From: Octopus vulgaris
Taxonomy: Eukaryota
Assembly: GCA_951406725.2 (NCBI GenBank)
Contig: OX597825.1
Span: forward strand, 55,676,001-55,740,000
Length of the DNA stretch: 64,000 nt
Direction: 5' to 3'
Shown here piece after piece: positions 12,657-25,619 of the stretch. How positions within the stretch are numbered: the stretch's first letter is position 1; every line of letters starts with the position of its first letter. The position numbers were made by a program, and so were the translations under genes. The notes beneath the pieces were generated by a model that ran no database searches, was not told where the DNA came from, and saw only the letters and a list, made by a program, of their open reading frames with translations.

Positions 12657-13575
12657 CACACACATGCACACACGAAACACGAAACACAGCATGTACTCAG
12701 AGGGAAAAGAGAGCTCTGCTCAAATAGTTTAGCTGAAAGTACACAATATTAAAAAGACTTCTGGGATAACAACAATAACAGTAATAAGATTATGCACCAA
12801 TGCAAATAATAAAAATAATGACGGTGATGATGATGATGATGATGAGGGAGTGATAGTGGTGGTGGCGGTGGCGGCGGTGGAGATGGTGGTGGTGGTGGTT
12901 TTGATGGTGGTTGACGATGATGATGATGATAATGATGATGATGAGGAGGAGGAGGAGGAGGAGGAGGAGAAGGTGGTGGTGGTGGTGGTGGTGGTGGCGG
13001 CGATGGTGGTGGTGGCAGCGGCGGTGGTGGTGGTGGTGATGATGGTTAACGATGATGATGAGGATGATGATGATGATAAGGAGGAGGAGGAGGAGGAGAA
13101 GGAGGAGGAGGTCGATGATGTTGATTAAGCAAACATCCTAAAATAACAACCCTAAGCAAATCTCCGGCTGCGCTACAAGTATTCTTCAAAATCCTTTTAT
13201 TAACTTCATACAAGAGATAGATGCACGTGTTCTTTAAATGTGTTGGCGGAATTTCTTCACAAATTTTCGCGTGTAAAGTTACAGTTGATAATATGTCTAA
13301 GATCTTCTGGGTTTTGATGGCATCAAGTTCTTTTGATGCCACCAGGTTTCTTTTTTTTTTGTTTCCTTTACTGTCGTTCTGTTTGAGAATTTGCACACAC
13401 ATATACACGTGTAAATGTATATGTATGTATATGTGTATATTCATATGCGCACGTGCACACACACACACACACGTATGTATACACACACACACACACACAC
13501 ATATATATACTTATGCATATATACGTATATATATATGTATATATATATATGCATATATATCTACATACATATAGG

Positions 13576-13629
<54 letters not shown>

Positions 13630-13846
13630 CCTATATGTATGTATGCATCATATATATCTAATATATTATAACTCATATATAATATGCTTGCTACTTATGA
13701 ATATACAAACATATATCCACATGCATGTGCACATATATGTATGTATGTGTGTGTGTGAGTATGTGTGTGTGTGTGTGTGTGAACCTATCGTGTCTATCCA
13801 ACTGGCTTACATTTTTTTATCCAATTTCTCATACACACACACACAA

Positions 13847-13879
<33 letters not shown>

Positions 13880-15096
13880 CATGCACGCATAAAACTGTTT
13901 CATTATTTCATTGATGCTTTGAAAATCGATAAAATGTGAACCTAATAATCACAATCTTTGTTATTTCTGAGTAAAATAAATTTTAGAACTTACTTCTTAT
14001 TCTATAGCTTGATATCGTGTTCTTTACTTTTCTAGATTGTTTCCTCAGTTGTATATGTTCTTTCAATATACGCGTCTAAGCGAGTATATACATACATATA
14101 TATATATATGAGTATATATATATATATATACTCATATACATACGCTCTCATATCTATATATGTACTTACACGAATGTATCGATATATAAAGATACGCACA
14201 CATACGTGCATATCATACATCTATGCATATCATACGTGCAATCTTATCCTAGAGCAAAGACCTTTATGCACTAGGATACTTTGAACGACATGTGTGTGTG
14301 TGTGTGTGTGTACATATATAATATATATATGTGTGTGTGTGGCGAGAGAGAGAGTGTGTGTGTGTGTGTATGTGTGAGTGAGAGAGAGACAGAGAGAGAA
14401 GGAGATTGGTGCAGAACAAAAGGTGGCATGTCAACGATAGAAATAAAAGTTACGTAGATTGATGACGTCATGGAAAAAGACAAATTGTGTTTTAGTGCTG
14501 TATTCTGTGAATCAGACAATCAATCGATTTGATCGATCAAGCTGGTGATCGATGTAGCATCGATCTAGCATCGATCCACCTTCGAAACAAACAATCGGTC
14601 AATCAATCAATCAGTTTTTACCTATTTCAGTTCTATCGAACGATTTCCGTAAAGGGCCAATAGTTAGGGTTATTAGTCAAGAAGACGTTATGATCGTTTG
14701 TTTGTTTAATGGTTCTCGTAATGTAACTGTGTGGTGATGTTCATTCTCAGACATATCTGAGCCTCTTGGCCTGCGAACAACACTTAAGATGGCAATGAAC
14801 ACTGTAGAATTGAGAAATGTGTTCTTAGCGTTAATATAAGGTATGAGGGGTACAGAAATGTTCTAGCTTTGGGTAAAAGAAAATACAGGAGTTTCAGTTA
14901 ATTATGATTATACTGAACATATTCCCCTCTCAGATTCATACGTTTATTGCAGCGGTCCTTCAGTTTTTTTAAGCCCTGTAAAGGAACTCGGAATTTTGGG
15001 CCTCCAACCAGGCCTTTCGTGATACTCTTAAAGCTAGGATCTTTTCAGTACCCCCTCGTACATTCTCGTTCTGAGGCAACATCGGGACTTCTACAT

Positions 15097-15407
15097 CAGG
15101 GGGTTCTCAACCGTTTCTTTTTTTTTTTTTTCACCTATGGACTTCTTTGAAATACTATTTTATTCTAGTGGACTTCCAAAGCCATTCTATAAAATTAGTT
15201 TTATAGAAACTTTTTGCTTTTCACACTAACTTTTGTAGATTGAACTATGTAAAATGTTAGAGAAAGAAATTTGAATGTTTCTTGCAATACAATGCAATGT
15301 GTACGTCTAGAGTAAAATTTTTCATGGGTCTTTGAAATACTTTTGTGGACCCCAAAATTCTTATATGAACTCTCAGGGGTTATAAGGAACCTAGTTGAGA
15401 ACCACTG
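15097..15407. mobile_element. hAT (Charlie-like) MITE
   Basis: TIRs CAGGGGGTTCTCAAC / GTTGAGAACCACTG. 8-bp TSD TTCTACAT / CTCTACAT (7 of 8 match). Confidence 0.85.
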
Positions 15408-15691
15408 CTCTACATTATTATTAAAACTGCAATAAATATATAATACCCTTAAATCATTCCCTGCCGTTTCTAAATGTAAGGAAATATATATTGAACAATT
15501 TAATCATAGATGTGCAAAAACTATACGAGAAGTGAACGATGAATGCTTCGAGTGAGTACAACTGACCTGGGGTTGAAGAACAACAGTAGTATTAACGTAT
15601 CTAAATGACAGAGGAGCCACATAACTGTGGCTTCAGACTCGATTTAGTGACGCGGGGAGACTTTGAGACACTAGTATTAATTATATATCCT

Positions 15692-15830
15692 CTTTCTGAC
15701 GAAGAGCCATGCACGAAACATCAAACATCCCTCTTTTTTCCATCTTAAACTAAGCGTCAACCTAATGTATCCATTGTGTACGTCCTTTTAATTCTTGCTT
15801 TCGTTTTTTTTTGTTTTTAGTTTTGATTTG
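15692..15830 (+). mobile_element. Penelope-like element terminal fragment carrying a degenerate minimal hammerhead ribozyme motif
   Basis: TTT-CTGACGA-A-GAGC-CAT-GCAC-GAAAC-ATC-AAAC. Downstream sequence is similar to 23943-24075. Confidence 0.55.
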
Positions 15831-15878
15831 TCTCTCTCTCACCCTCTCCCTCCCTCTCCCCTCCTTCCTCCCTCTCTC

Positions 15879-15930
<52 letters not shown>

Positions 15931-16364
15931 TATTTTATTTATAATTGAAGTTACGAATTAGGAGCAGCTCTAGTAATGCAGACATTATTAGCCGCACATA
16001 TATAGCGTGTGTGCGTTGTTTTCTACGCCAAATTTGCTGCAGGACATATATATATACATGTACTTTGCTTTATGGTGAAGAAAAGAGAGGAGTGCTCAAT
16101 ACGTGAAGAGGGTATTGTTTGTTTTTTGTTGGAATTGAAACTGAAAGCTTGTTCCACGATTCAGGTTTCAGGCGAAACGTGTTTCGCCTGAAACCTGAAG
16201 TGATGTGAAATTCGAGTCTCGAGACAAACTGTCAGTTTGAGTTCCAATTATAAACTATAGACACACACACACACACGACACACACGCACACACAAACACA
16301 CACACACAGAGATTCGCACACATATTTCAAAGCCTGAGCCAAACAGTTTTTGGCCAGTACAAGT

Positions 16365-16419
<55 letters not shown>

Positions 16420-16661
16420 GTATATGTATATATATGTGTGTGCATATGTATATATATATATATATATTCTTGTGCAAAACACAGCGTGATATACAAATAT
16501 TGAAATAAACAAAAGGTTAGAAAGTTATTAGCTGTGAGAAGAACAGTATAAAAATGTAAATGCAATCGTTCCATGCTTCTGATGTGTGGGGGAAAAAAAA
16601 GCAACAAAAACAACGAAAGAAAGGGAAGGTTCCGACTGATAGACCGTTTTATGATTTGTAG

Positions 16662-16736
16662 ATCATCCCTCAGAGAAGACGTACCGAAAATCTTCCTCCT
16701 ATCGGTAACATTGACAGTCGATTTATATGTAACAAG
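16662..16736 (+). CDS. Candidate 75-nt internal exon (phase 0-0): IIPQRRRTENLPPIGNIDSRFICNK
   Basis: TTTTATGATTTGTAG acceptor, AAG|GTAACC donor, open frame, in non-repetitive sequence. No homology recognised. Confidence 0.3.
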
Positions 16737-16847
16737 GTAACCAAGCAATCATCGTGTGAGCTGGTGTGTTTACTTGACATCCTCGTATTTTAGATGGCTC
16801 ATTATTAAGAAAACATTATAATGTACGTCTGTGTGTGTGTTTGTGTG

Positions 16848-16961
<114 letters not shown>

Positions 16962-17337
16962 AGAGAGATAGATACATACATACGTACGTACATGAGAGTA
17001 AACATGCATACTCTTGGGTGTATTATACATTAATAGCTATCTATCTCTTATCAGCATTATCGACATATGTTCTCATGCGTACAAAATACACACAAATACA
17101 CACACATGCACGCGCGCACACACTCTCTTGCGCACAAATATTTATCCCTATGTACGCTTGTATATATATGTATATATATATACACATATACATACATAAA
17201 TATATATATATATATACATACCTACATTTATATATATGTTTATATGTCTGTATGTGTACATATATCTATGTACATATGTGTATGTATGCACGCACACGCG
17301 CACACACGTTCGCGTGGATGCACACATACACATATAC

Positions 17338-17376
<39 letters not shown>

Positions 17377-17699
17377 CGTATGTATATATGTATATATCCG
17401 TACACACGCTTACGCGTTTGTGTACACGTGTGTGCGCTCATGTGTATTTTGTATGTGCATGTGAGAGAATATTCTTAGATATACGAGATGAAAGTGCACT
17501 CCAGCGTAATATGTAAAAACAAGTGATGCAAGTGCATGTTGCAAACTGTGTAGTTTGTTGCAGCCACAATTCAACCTCATCAGAGCAGATGCAATGAAGT
17601 TAAATAAATCCATGTGTGGCTTATCATTTGCTTTTAACAGACGCGTAAAATTACTACTGAATCCATGTTCTCTGAACTCAATGTTTACAGAATGTTATT

Positions 17700-18310
17700 A
17701 ACCCATCCACTTACAGCTTCTGCAATCGTTCTCATAACCACCAACACCATCTCAATGTTCTTCTACTTCGCTTCCATCGTTTCGTCTGCAATTCTGTCGT
17801 AGATTTTATTGCTCTTCTACAATTCCTCAATTACCATTCTATTTCAATTCTCACAAAATTATTCACCTGCTCTTTCACTATTCCTCTGACATCCTATTAC
17901 CATTCTCACACTGTTCTTCAACTACTCTTGTACAATTCCTTTGATATTCTTGTGTCATTATTCTCTTATTTTTCTACTATTCTCACCATTCTTCAACTGT
18001 TCCTTAGTATTCTTCCTGTCTTCGTTTATCATTGTCCAACTGCTTTTTCTAAATTTCATTCCTCTTCTAGTATTCTTTCTATGAGTCTCCAACTGTTATT
18101 CTGCTATCCTTTTGACAATCTTCTAACATATGATGTTTGTACCATTCTTTTACTGGTATCCTACTGTTCATTTGCCATTTCTGTACAGTATTAATGTCCT
18201 TTTATCACTCTTTCCCATCCCTCTGTTTTTCTACCATTCTTTCACCATTCACCTACTTTATATTAGCTTTTATTCTGTCATATTTTTACCATTGTTTACC
18301 TTCCACCGCC
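17700..18310. repeat. Degenerate pyrimidine-rich repeat (CTACCATTCT-like units)
   Basis: Recurrent TACCATTCT/TACTATTCT/CACCATTCT motifs with strong strand skew. Confidence 0.6.
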
Positions 18311-19140
18311 TATGATTTCTTATTTCACAGGTAGTTTTCCGGTATCGATAACACCCTCCATATATTGGAGTCAAAAATTCTTTTAACAAAGATAAAGGTG
18401 TTGATGAGCCACAGTTTTACGAAAGATAGGGTTTAAGTTTTGATTCTAATTCGGGTAATATCTATCCAGATATTACCCGAATATAATACACGGTGTATAG
18501 CTTGCCTCTATGAACTACTTTATTAGTTTAGAAATAGACGCTCTGTATTATATTCTGGTTCTTGGCATTTAAGATGGTATCAACAAGTGAATGTGCACTC
18601 TCCGAAGGAGGATATCAACTTAAGTTTATGAAATCTCTTAACCATGTTCTTCATCATACATCAACATTTTTTCTGTTCTTCCATCATATATCGCATTAAC
18701 ATGTATTTTCATCCCTTGTCTTACTTAGCGTAACATCATTTTACTTATTCCATCTCGTATTAAAATCACTTCTCTTATCCAACATCAAGCCTCTCATTTA
18801 TCACATAACATCATATTAACACTATTTCTATTCTCGATCTCACGTGCCCACACTCATTTCATCATATTTCTTAGCATCACATTACATCACATTTTTTCTA
18901 ATCTGTTCTGTAGGTCATATCTGAATAACACAGTTTTAGCTTGTTTTTGGCGACAGTTGATATCTCTTTCTCGCTCTCACTTGCATCGTCGTCTGCAGAT
19001 GCCGTCACGGAAAATAATGTTTGTTCTTAGTTTACTAACAATTAACGGCAATTAATAAGTGAAAGACTTAATTAGCGTTGCAGCTAACAATATGTATGGC
19101 ACGAAGGAATGCAAACCGTTGTTTGTGAAATGAGAACGAG

Positions 19141-19211
<71 letters not shown>

Positions 19212-19264
19212 TGATGATGATGATGATGATGAGGAGGAGGAGGAGGAGGAGGAGGAGGAGGAGG

Positions 19265-19330
<66 letters not shown>

Positions 19331-19332
<2 letters not shown>

Positions 19333-19548
19333 GAATATTGGAGCTGCTTTGAAAAACATATTAAGAATATTGGAGCTACTGCCAGGCTCGAAGTGAACCA
19401 GAAGACAGCATTGTTGGGTACAGCTCGCGTTCTAAGGAGAGTAATGCCTCTCTGATTCACAGGAGAAGGCACTATTTGAAACCTTTGGCGATTTGTTATT
19501 GTTGATTTCAAGTAAAGAACAACCGCAAATAGAACAGCATGAATCAAA
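19331..19548 (+). mobile_element. 5'-truncated RLE-type (R4/Dong-like) LINE end after an (AAT)n array
   Basis: 19348-19455 translates FEKHIKNIGATARLEVNQKTALLGTARVLRRVMPL*. Followed by a short UTR and (AAC)/(AAT) repeats. Confidence 0.75.
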
Positions 19549-19594
19549 ACAACAACAACAACAACAATAATAGTAATAATAATATTAATAATGT

Positions 19595-19762
19595 TTTCAA
19601 ATTTTGACACAAAGCCAGCAGTTCTGGTGGCGGGACGTAAGTCGATATTACATCAGCCCCAGTGAGTAGCTGGTACTTGTTTAATCGATCCTGAAAGGGC
19701 CGAAAGGCAAAGTCAACCTGGGTGGAAGTTGAACTCAGAACGTAATGACAGACGAAATGCTA
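19595..19762 (-). mobile_element. Family-A SINE
   Basis: CTGGTACTT..ATCGATCCTGAAAGG..AAAGGCAAAGTCAACC..TTGAACTCAGAACGTAA. Confidence 0.8.
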
Positions 19763-19889
19763 CTGTTTTGCTCGCGTGAATAACCGTTTGTTAAATAGGT
19801 ACAATCCGAAACGTAAGGTAGAGAGGATTGTTGAGAAAATCGATCCCAGGAAGAGAAGCTCGATGTTTGGCTGCTACCTCTCGCAGCTG

Positions 19890-20015
19890 AAGTGACCACA
19901 TAGAGACGAACCATTAGTTCAATTAAACTGTGTTGCAGTTGTTGTTTAGCCATAGACCAGCTCCAATGAAGCATACTTAAGATCTCATACATTCCAGCCG
20001 TGACCATCCCATCCC
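19890..20015 (-). mobile_element. Old dispersed repeat (family E) 3' part
   Basis: The reverse complement GATGGTCACGGCTGGAATG..GGCTAAACAACAAC matches 53720-53790 (+) and 58330-58400 (-). Confidence 0.5.
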
Positions 20016-20149
20016 ATCCCATCTTTCTGTATATATAATAAAAAGGGGAAATTGTAGAATTTGTGGGAAGTAGTAGTGTTCTGTATCATTCAAGAATAAT
20101 ACAAATAATTCAGATAGCTACTAAAATACGTGCCTCATAATCGGTGACA

Positions 20150-21405
20150 ACACCTTCTCATTGCCCAGGAATCTCTGTAAACCTTACAGCTTCAATACAA
20201 AAGAGTTATAATCTCAGAATTGTCAATGGTCTTCCCGCGTTCACGTCCTTTGTCAACAGTGTCAGAAATTTGCGGTTAATGTGACTAGGAATATACCCGG
20301 TCTATTGCCAATTCGAATAGATGTCTGCAAAGAGACAGCTGAACAAATCTGATATTGATTCATAAATCTTGTAAGGTATAATCTGATAATTTGCTTTCAT
20401 GTAGAACCACTTACTGCCGACCGTACTCCAGTTATTGTTATCCGTTTTTCGTAACATTCCACATTTTTTGTCGAACTCTGCGATATGCCTTTTGCTGTCT
20501 ACAGTCATTGCAATTTACAAACAGATGAACAAAGCGCTTATTAAGAACTTGCCGTATCTGCTCGCGTCCGTCGAGATCTGTCAAAAATATAATTGTGCTT
20601 TTTATCAATACCCTTGCCTTTCAGCCCCGAGCCTCTCATGTCTAAGAGCACACTTCGTCTACGCCCTTATCTCTAGCTGTGCGTGCATTACCTCTAACAA
20701 CGCATTCTAAAAGTTGTACATCCAAGAAATAGTCGAGCACGTCAGTCGCGATGCCTTTTCTGATTGCCTTTTCTTATCTACTAACTAGCTCCTCATTCTT
20801 TAATCGCTTGTTTTATACCGATACATTTTTTTGCTATACCCTGTTGATTCTACTCTTCAGGGAAACCTATTATCTGACCCACTATGACCCTCATCATATT
20901 CCCCTTAATTAATTCGTTAATCGGTCGCCGTCCGTTTCCTGCACCAACACGATATATTCACTTTCCAGTAGTCTGACTTTAGTATGTGTGTCCTTTATAG
21001 ATTGGCTATAGAGATAAAACCTTGTGGACCCTGTCGCTCGGATCTGACGAAATTGAGATTACCCTAAGCTATTCTTATCTGCTTACTTGACAGATAGATG
21101 TGATTTGTCTAAAGCTACATCGGAGCATTAGGAAAGAATGTTCCCTATTAGTTCGAATTGACTGTGAAAGTGTGAGCGTTTATTTCTACTTGTATCCATT
21201 GCCCGTTACATCATATAGTCGTAGCATGCATCTGGCATGCATTGCAGTGACATGCTAGTACTATGAACTATATATTGTAAAAGGGTTTTGCAAACTCTGC
21301 CATATCGCCTTAGTTGTTGTTCACATCCAGTACAAGTGACTGAGTGCAGGGAATCTTGGTCTCATTGATAGCCACCACATATACATCCAGTGACTTAAGC
21401 TCACC
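20150..21405 (-). mobile_element. Decayed L1/Tx1-like LINE ORF2 (APE endonuclease to start of RT)
   Basis: Minus-strand peptides in correct order: ELKSLDVYVVAINETKI (21349-21402, APE motif), DYWKVN (about 20955-20975), KSTIIFLTDLDGRE, IPYKIYESISDLFSCLFADIYSNWQ*TGYIPS, and ITLL (20198-20209, cf. RPITLLN). Confidence 0.7.
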
Positions 21406-21876
21406 GTTCTTGTAGGATCATCAAGGGCTGCAACTCATAGTATGACCATGCTGGGCGGAGTAAAAGTGAGAGATACCAGTAAGGTTTTATTTCAAAGAAC
21501 TTGTAATGCTGTTTGCATAGAAGGGAGGGGCTACTTGAACGGCTTTTTGAAAGGGCTTTTCGCTCTTTTGCAAAAAATTCCTATGTCATGTGAGAGTTTT
21601 CTTTTAAAGAGTTATGTAAACTCAAGATATAGTTTCTCTAGAATTTCTAGAATGAGCTCCTCAAAGCCACCCGCCTCTTATCTTTATTCCTCTTTTTTGT
21701 CAAGTGCTCCATCAATTCATTTTTTTTACACAGTACAACATTAAAGATGTGCGCGTAGGTTTCGCTTTTGCTGTGGTTGTTGTTGTTGCTGACTGTAGTT
21801 GTTTTTGTTGGCGTTTCTTTGGTTGCCTACTGTGATTTCAAACGTAATTTCAATAACTACAAATAATAATAATAAC

Positions 21877-22006
<130 letters not shown>

Positions 22007-22031
22007 ATAATAATAATAATAATAATAATAA

Positions 22032-22227
22032 TCAGACAAATATATAACAAAAACACCGGGACTTCCAAGTATATATAAACAGCACTACTAGGCACCGCAC
22101 ACATCCTACGTAAAACACTTTCAATACGTTAACAATAAGAGCATCACAAACAAACCACATCACATACCCGAGGCACACAGAGCTGTGCTCGGTAGTGCAG
22201 TGAAAGAACGTGATAAAAATAAGACTA

Positions 22228-22230
<3 letters not shown>
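22032..22230 (+). mobile_element. 5'-truncated RLE-type (Dong-like) LINE end embedded in (AAT)n on both sides
   Basis: SDKYITKTPGLPSIY, then ALLGTAHILRKTLSIR* (22082-22132) and about 100 bp of UTR. (AAT)n lies directly at both junctions. Confidence 0.8.
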
Positions 22231-22326
<96 letters not shown>

Positions 22327-23631
22327 AAGAAGAAGAAGAAGATCAACAGAATAAATGCATTTTAAATACACTAACGAAATGCCAAAGAGTACATATATTT
22401 ATCATCATCATCATCGCCGTCATCATCACCATCACGTCTTTCATCTTATGCAGTTGCCATATCCATAACGTCACTTTCTTTTCATCAAGATTATCTCCAC
22501 CCTTATTTCTAGTAGCCTCATCTCTTGTCGCAACATTCTCTCGGTCACTTCATTTCTTTCATCAGACCTTGTGAGTGACATCCCACTGCTGGCATGTACT
22601 CACACACACGCAGGCACACACAAACACACAGACAGACAGACACACACACACACATACTCTCTCTCTCAGTTCTCATCTCTCTCTCTTACTTCTCTCATTA
22701 CTTAGTTATCTAATCATGTCTTAAGTCATGGCAACACACTCTTTTTTCTCTCTTTTTCGTCCCACCCCATTCTCTTCCTGTCTGTTTCTACACTCTTCAT
22801 CTTAAACATCTTTTACATCGCCGCAATCATTTCATCTCATATGATTTTATCTCATCTTATTTTTATTTCTCCTTCTCAAATACTTCTTTCTGTAATTAAT
22901 CTTATCAGATTACGGTATGCATGGAAATGAGATCTCGTATCGATAAACTCAAACACACTGACCGGCATTGAAGTAAGAAATATAAGCATATATACATGCA
23001 TGTATGCATACATACATTCGTACATACATACATATACATGTTCATATATACATAAACACATAGGTATCTACGTGCCTGTATATGAGCAACATACTTATGT
23101 ACATACATACAAGCAAACGTACTGACGAACTTATCTCCATGAATGCAAGCATGCATACATACATTGCTGTATACACATTTATCCATACACACGTACACAC
23201 ACACATATACACAAACACGCCCACGCACGTCAATTTTTATTTTGTGTTCATGGTACCGTGATGATCGGGGAAGTCAACAGATTGGATCTCTCAATAAATA
23301 TTCTTCAGTTGATACATACATACATACATACATACACACATACATACATACATACATACACACATACATACATACATACACACGTACATACATACATACA
23401 TACATACACACATACGTACAATAGTGGTCATGTTTTGGGTGTCGAAACTACGATGAAATCCGTTAGCCAGCTGATTTCTTTGATGGTTTAATCGAATTTT
23501 GTTCTATAGTTATGTCTCCGCTTGTTGTTAAAGTCCGGTAGTTGTTTGTGTGTTGTATCCTTTACTTTAGGATCGGTGTCCTTTAAGTGAAGACATTAGA
23601 CGGAGTAAACTGCAGGGTTAGAGCATTGCTA

Positions 23632-23702
23632 TGCAAGGGAACTGAACCAGGAACCATGTGGTTGGAAAGGAAACTTCTTACCACACAGCTAAATCTGCGC
23701 CT
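23632..23702 (-). mobile_element. Family-B SINE head fragment
   Basis: GGGAACTGAACCAGGAACCATGTGGTTGG..CTTACCACACAGC..CTGCGCC is the reverse complement of the family-B head. Confidence 0.75.
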
Positions 23703-23879
23703 ATATATCTTAGTCATACAGATTCTGAGTACGATGACTGTTATAAGATGCATATAAAATACACACACACATCCGTATGTATGTATCTATATACACACAC
23801 ACACACATACGCATCCATATATATATGAGATTGTGTGAATGTGTGTGCGCGTCTCTCTCTCCCTCTCTCTCTCTCTCTC

Positions 23880-24078
23880 TTCATCGCGTGCGTATCGTTG
23901 GCGATTTTCTTTCTCCCTACCTTGGACCTTTCCTATTTCTATGTTTCTGACGAAAAGCTCCGCTCGAAACGTTAAATCCTCCTTCTTTCTTTTCTTTCTT
24001 GAGCGTCCAATAGCACTATACTTGCTCCACGCCCTCGCGTTGTTGTGTTTTCTCTTTGTTCATGTTTGGATTAACTAT
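23880..24078 (+). mobile_element. Penelope-like element terminal fragment with a minimal hammerhead ribozyme motif at 23943-23977
   Basis: GTTT-CTGACGA-A-AAGC-TCC-GCTC-GAAAC-GTT-AAAT, with the palindrome AACGTT at stem III. Confidence 0.65.
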
Positions 24079-24598
24079 ATATATATAATTAGAGAGAGAA
24101 AGATGTACGTGTGTGTATATGTGCATGTGTGTGTGTATATGTGTGTGTGCACGCACGTTTTCACTTGATTGAAACCACTAGAAATTTGAAAAGAAGTCTT
24201 TTTAAAAAGGTCAAATACCCAAGTTATAAACACATAACAGTTCATTAAAAAAATGAAGGATAAAAAACTTCACAGACGGAAGATAATGCTGAGAACCACT
24301 TTGGTGTATTGAACTATATACTTGCCGTACGATATATGATGTCCACGAATATTACTAATACAAAGCAAACCTACTTAAATTTACTTCGTGTATTTTTCAG
24401 GATATTGTTATCAGGCAATTGTTGCTATCAGATAGTCTTTGTCATAAAGTGATTACAATAAGCAGAGGCTTAATTTATTTTGTTAAGTAGTCGTGTAAAT
24501 TTTAATGAAACACCTTTTCTGTTAAATAGCTGCAATTTATTGAGTTTACTTGAAGAATAAGAGAAAAACTACACACGCACTTTCATATATACATATAT

Positions 24599-24675
<77 letters not shown>

Positions 24676-24854
24676 CATATATACATACATATATAAATAT
24701 ATATATATACATATACATATATATATATGCATATATACATATATATGCATATATATGTGTGTGTGTGTACACACACGCCACTCTTTTTCGTAGTTGAGCC
24801 TGTAAGTTATGGCCATACTGTGGCATTTGTACATACACAGACACACACACAAAG

Positions 24855-25032
24855 ATGGGTGGATGGATAGATAGATAGATATGTATGTAGATAGGTAGGT
24901 AAGTAGGCAGGTAGGTAAGTAGGCAGGTAGGTAGGTAGGTAGGTAGGTAGGTCGGTCGGTCGGTCGGTAGGTAGGTAGGTCGGTCGGTCGGTCGGTAGGT
25001 AGGTAGGTAGGTAGGTAGGTAAGCAGATAGAT
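24855..25032. repeat. Compound tetranucleotide array GGAT/AGAT/AGGT/CGGT
   Basis: Directly visible. Confidence 0.9.
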
Positions 25033-25417
25033 ACGTACTTCATGTATGCACGCCTGAACATCCGTAACTGCGTATATACATTCATCATATACGTATATAT
25101 GCTCGTGTGTGTGCATGGATGCGTTGATTCGAACGAACATACAAGCATACATAATCCCGTGTGTACTTACTTACATACAAACGCTTCAATGATATTGTTC
25201 TGACATTTCCAATGTAAAACTTCTAACAACCATGCAGTGACGACCTGGTCAGCAAACTCTTTCGCAATTGGAAAGCAATCACGCATAGGCAACCATTTTG
25301 AATCGACCAGTACAATAGGATTAGTGCGTACGTATACATGCATATATATATATATATATATATAAATGTCTCCCTCTCTATCTATCTATGTGTGTATGTG
25401 TATACATTTATATATAT

Positions 25418-25450
<33 letters not shown>

Positions 25451-25467
25451 CATATATACACATACAT

Positions 25468-25508
<41 letters not shown>

Positions 25509-25588
25509 CATGTATATTCACACACACTGATATGAATGCGCCCACACATACACATACGTACATACATACATACATACATACAAGAAAG

Positions 25589-25619
<31 letters not shown>

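Noticed and set aside
13046-13498. 150-aa minus-strand ORF with a non-repetitive middle
   Set aside because: It starts and ends in microsatellites, with no splice signals or recognisable motif.
18398-18430. TTGATGAG...CGAAAG hammerhead-like string
   Set aside because: The first core base is wrong and there is no credible stem II or stem I.
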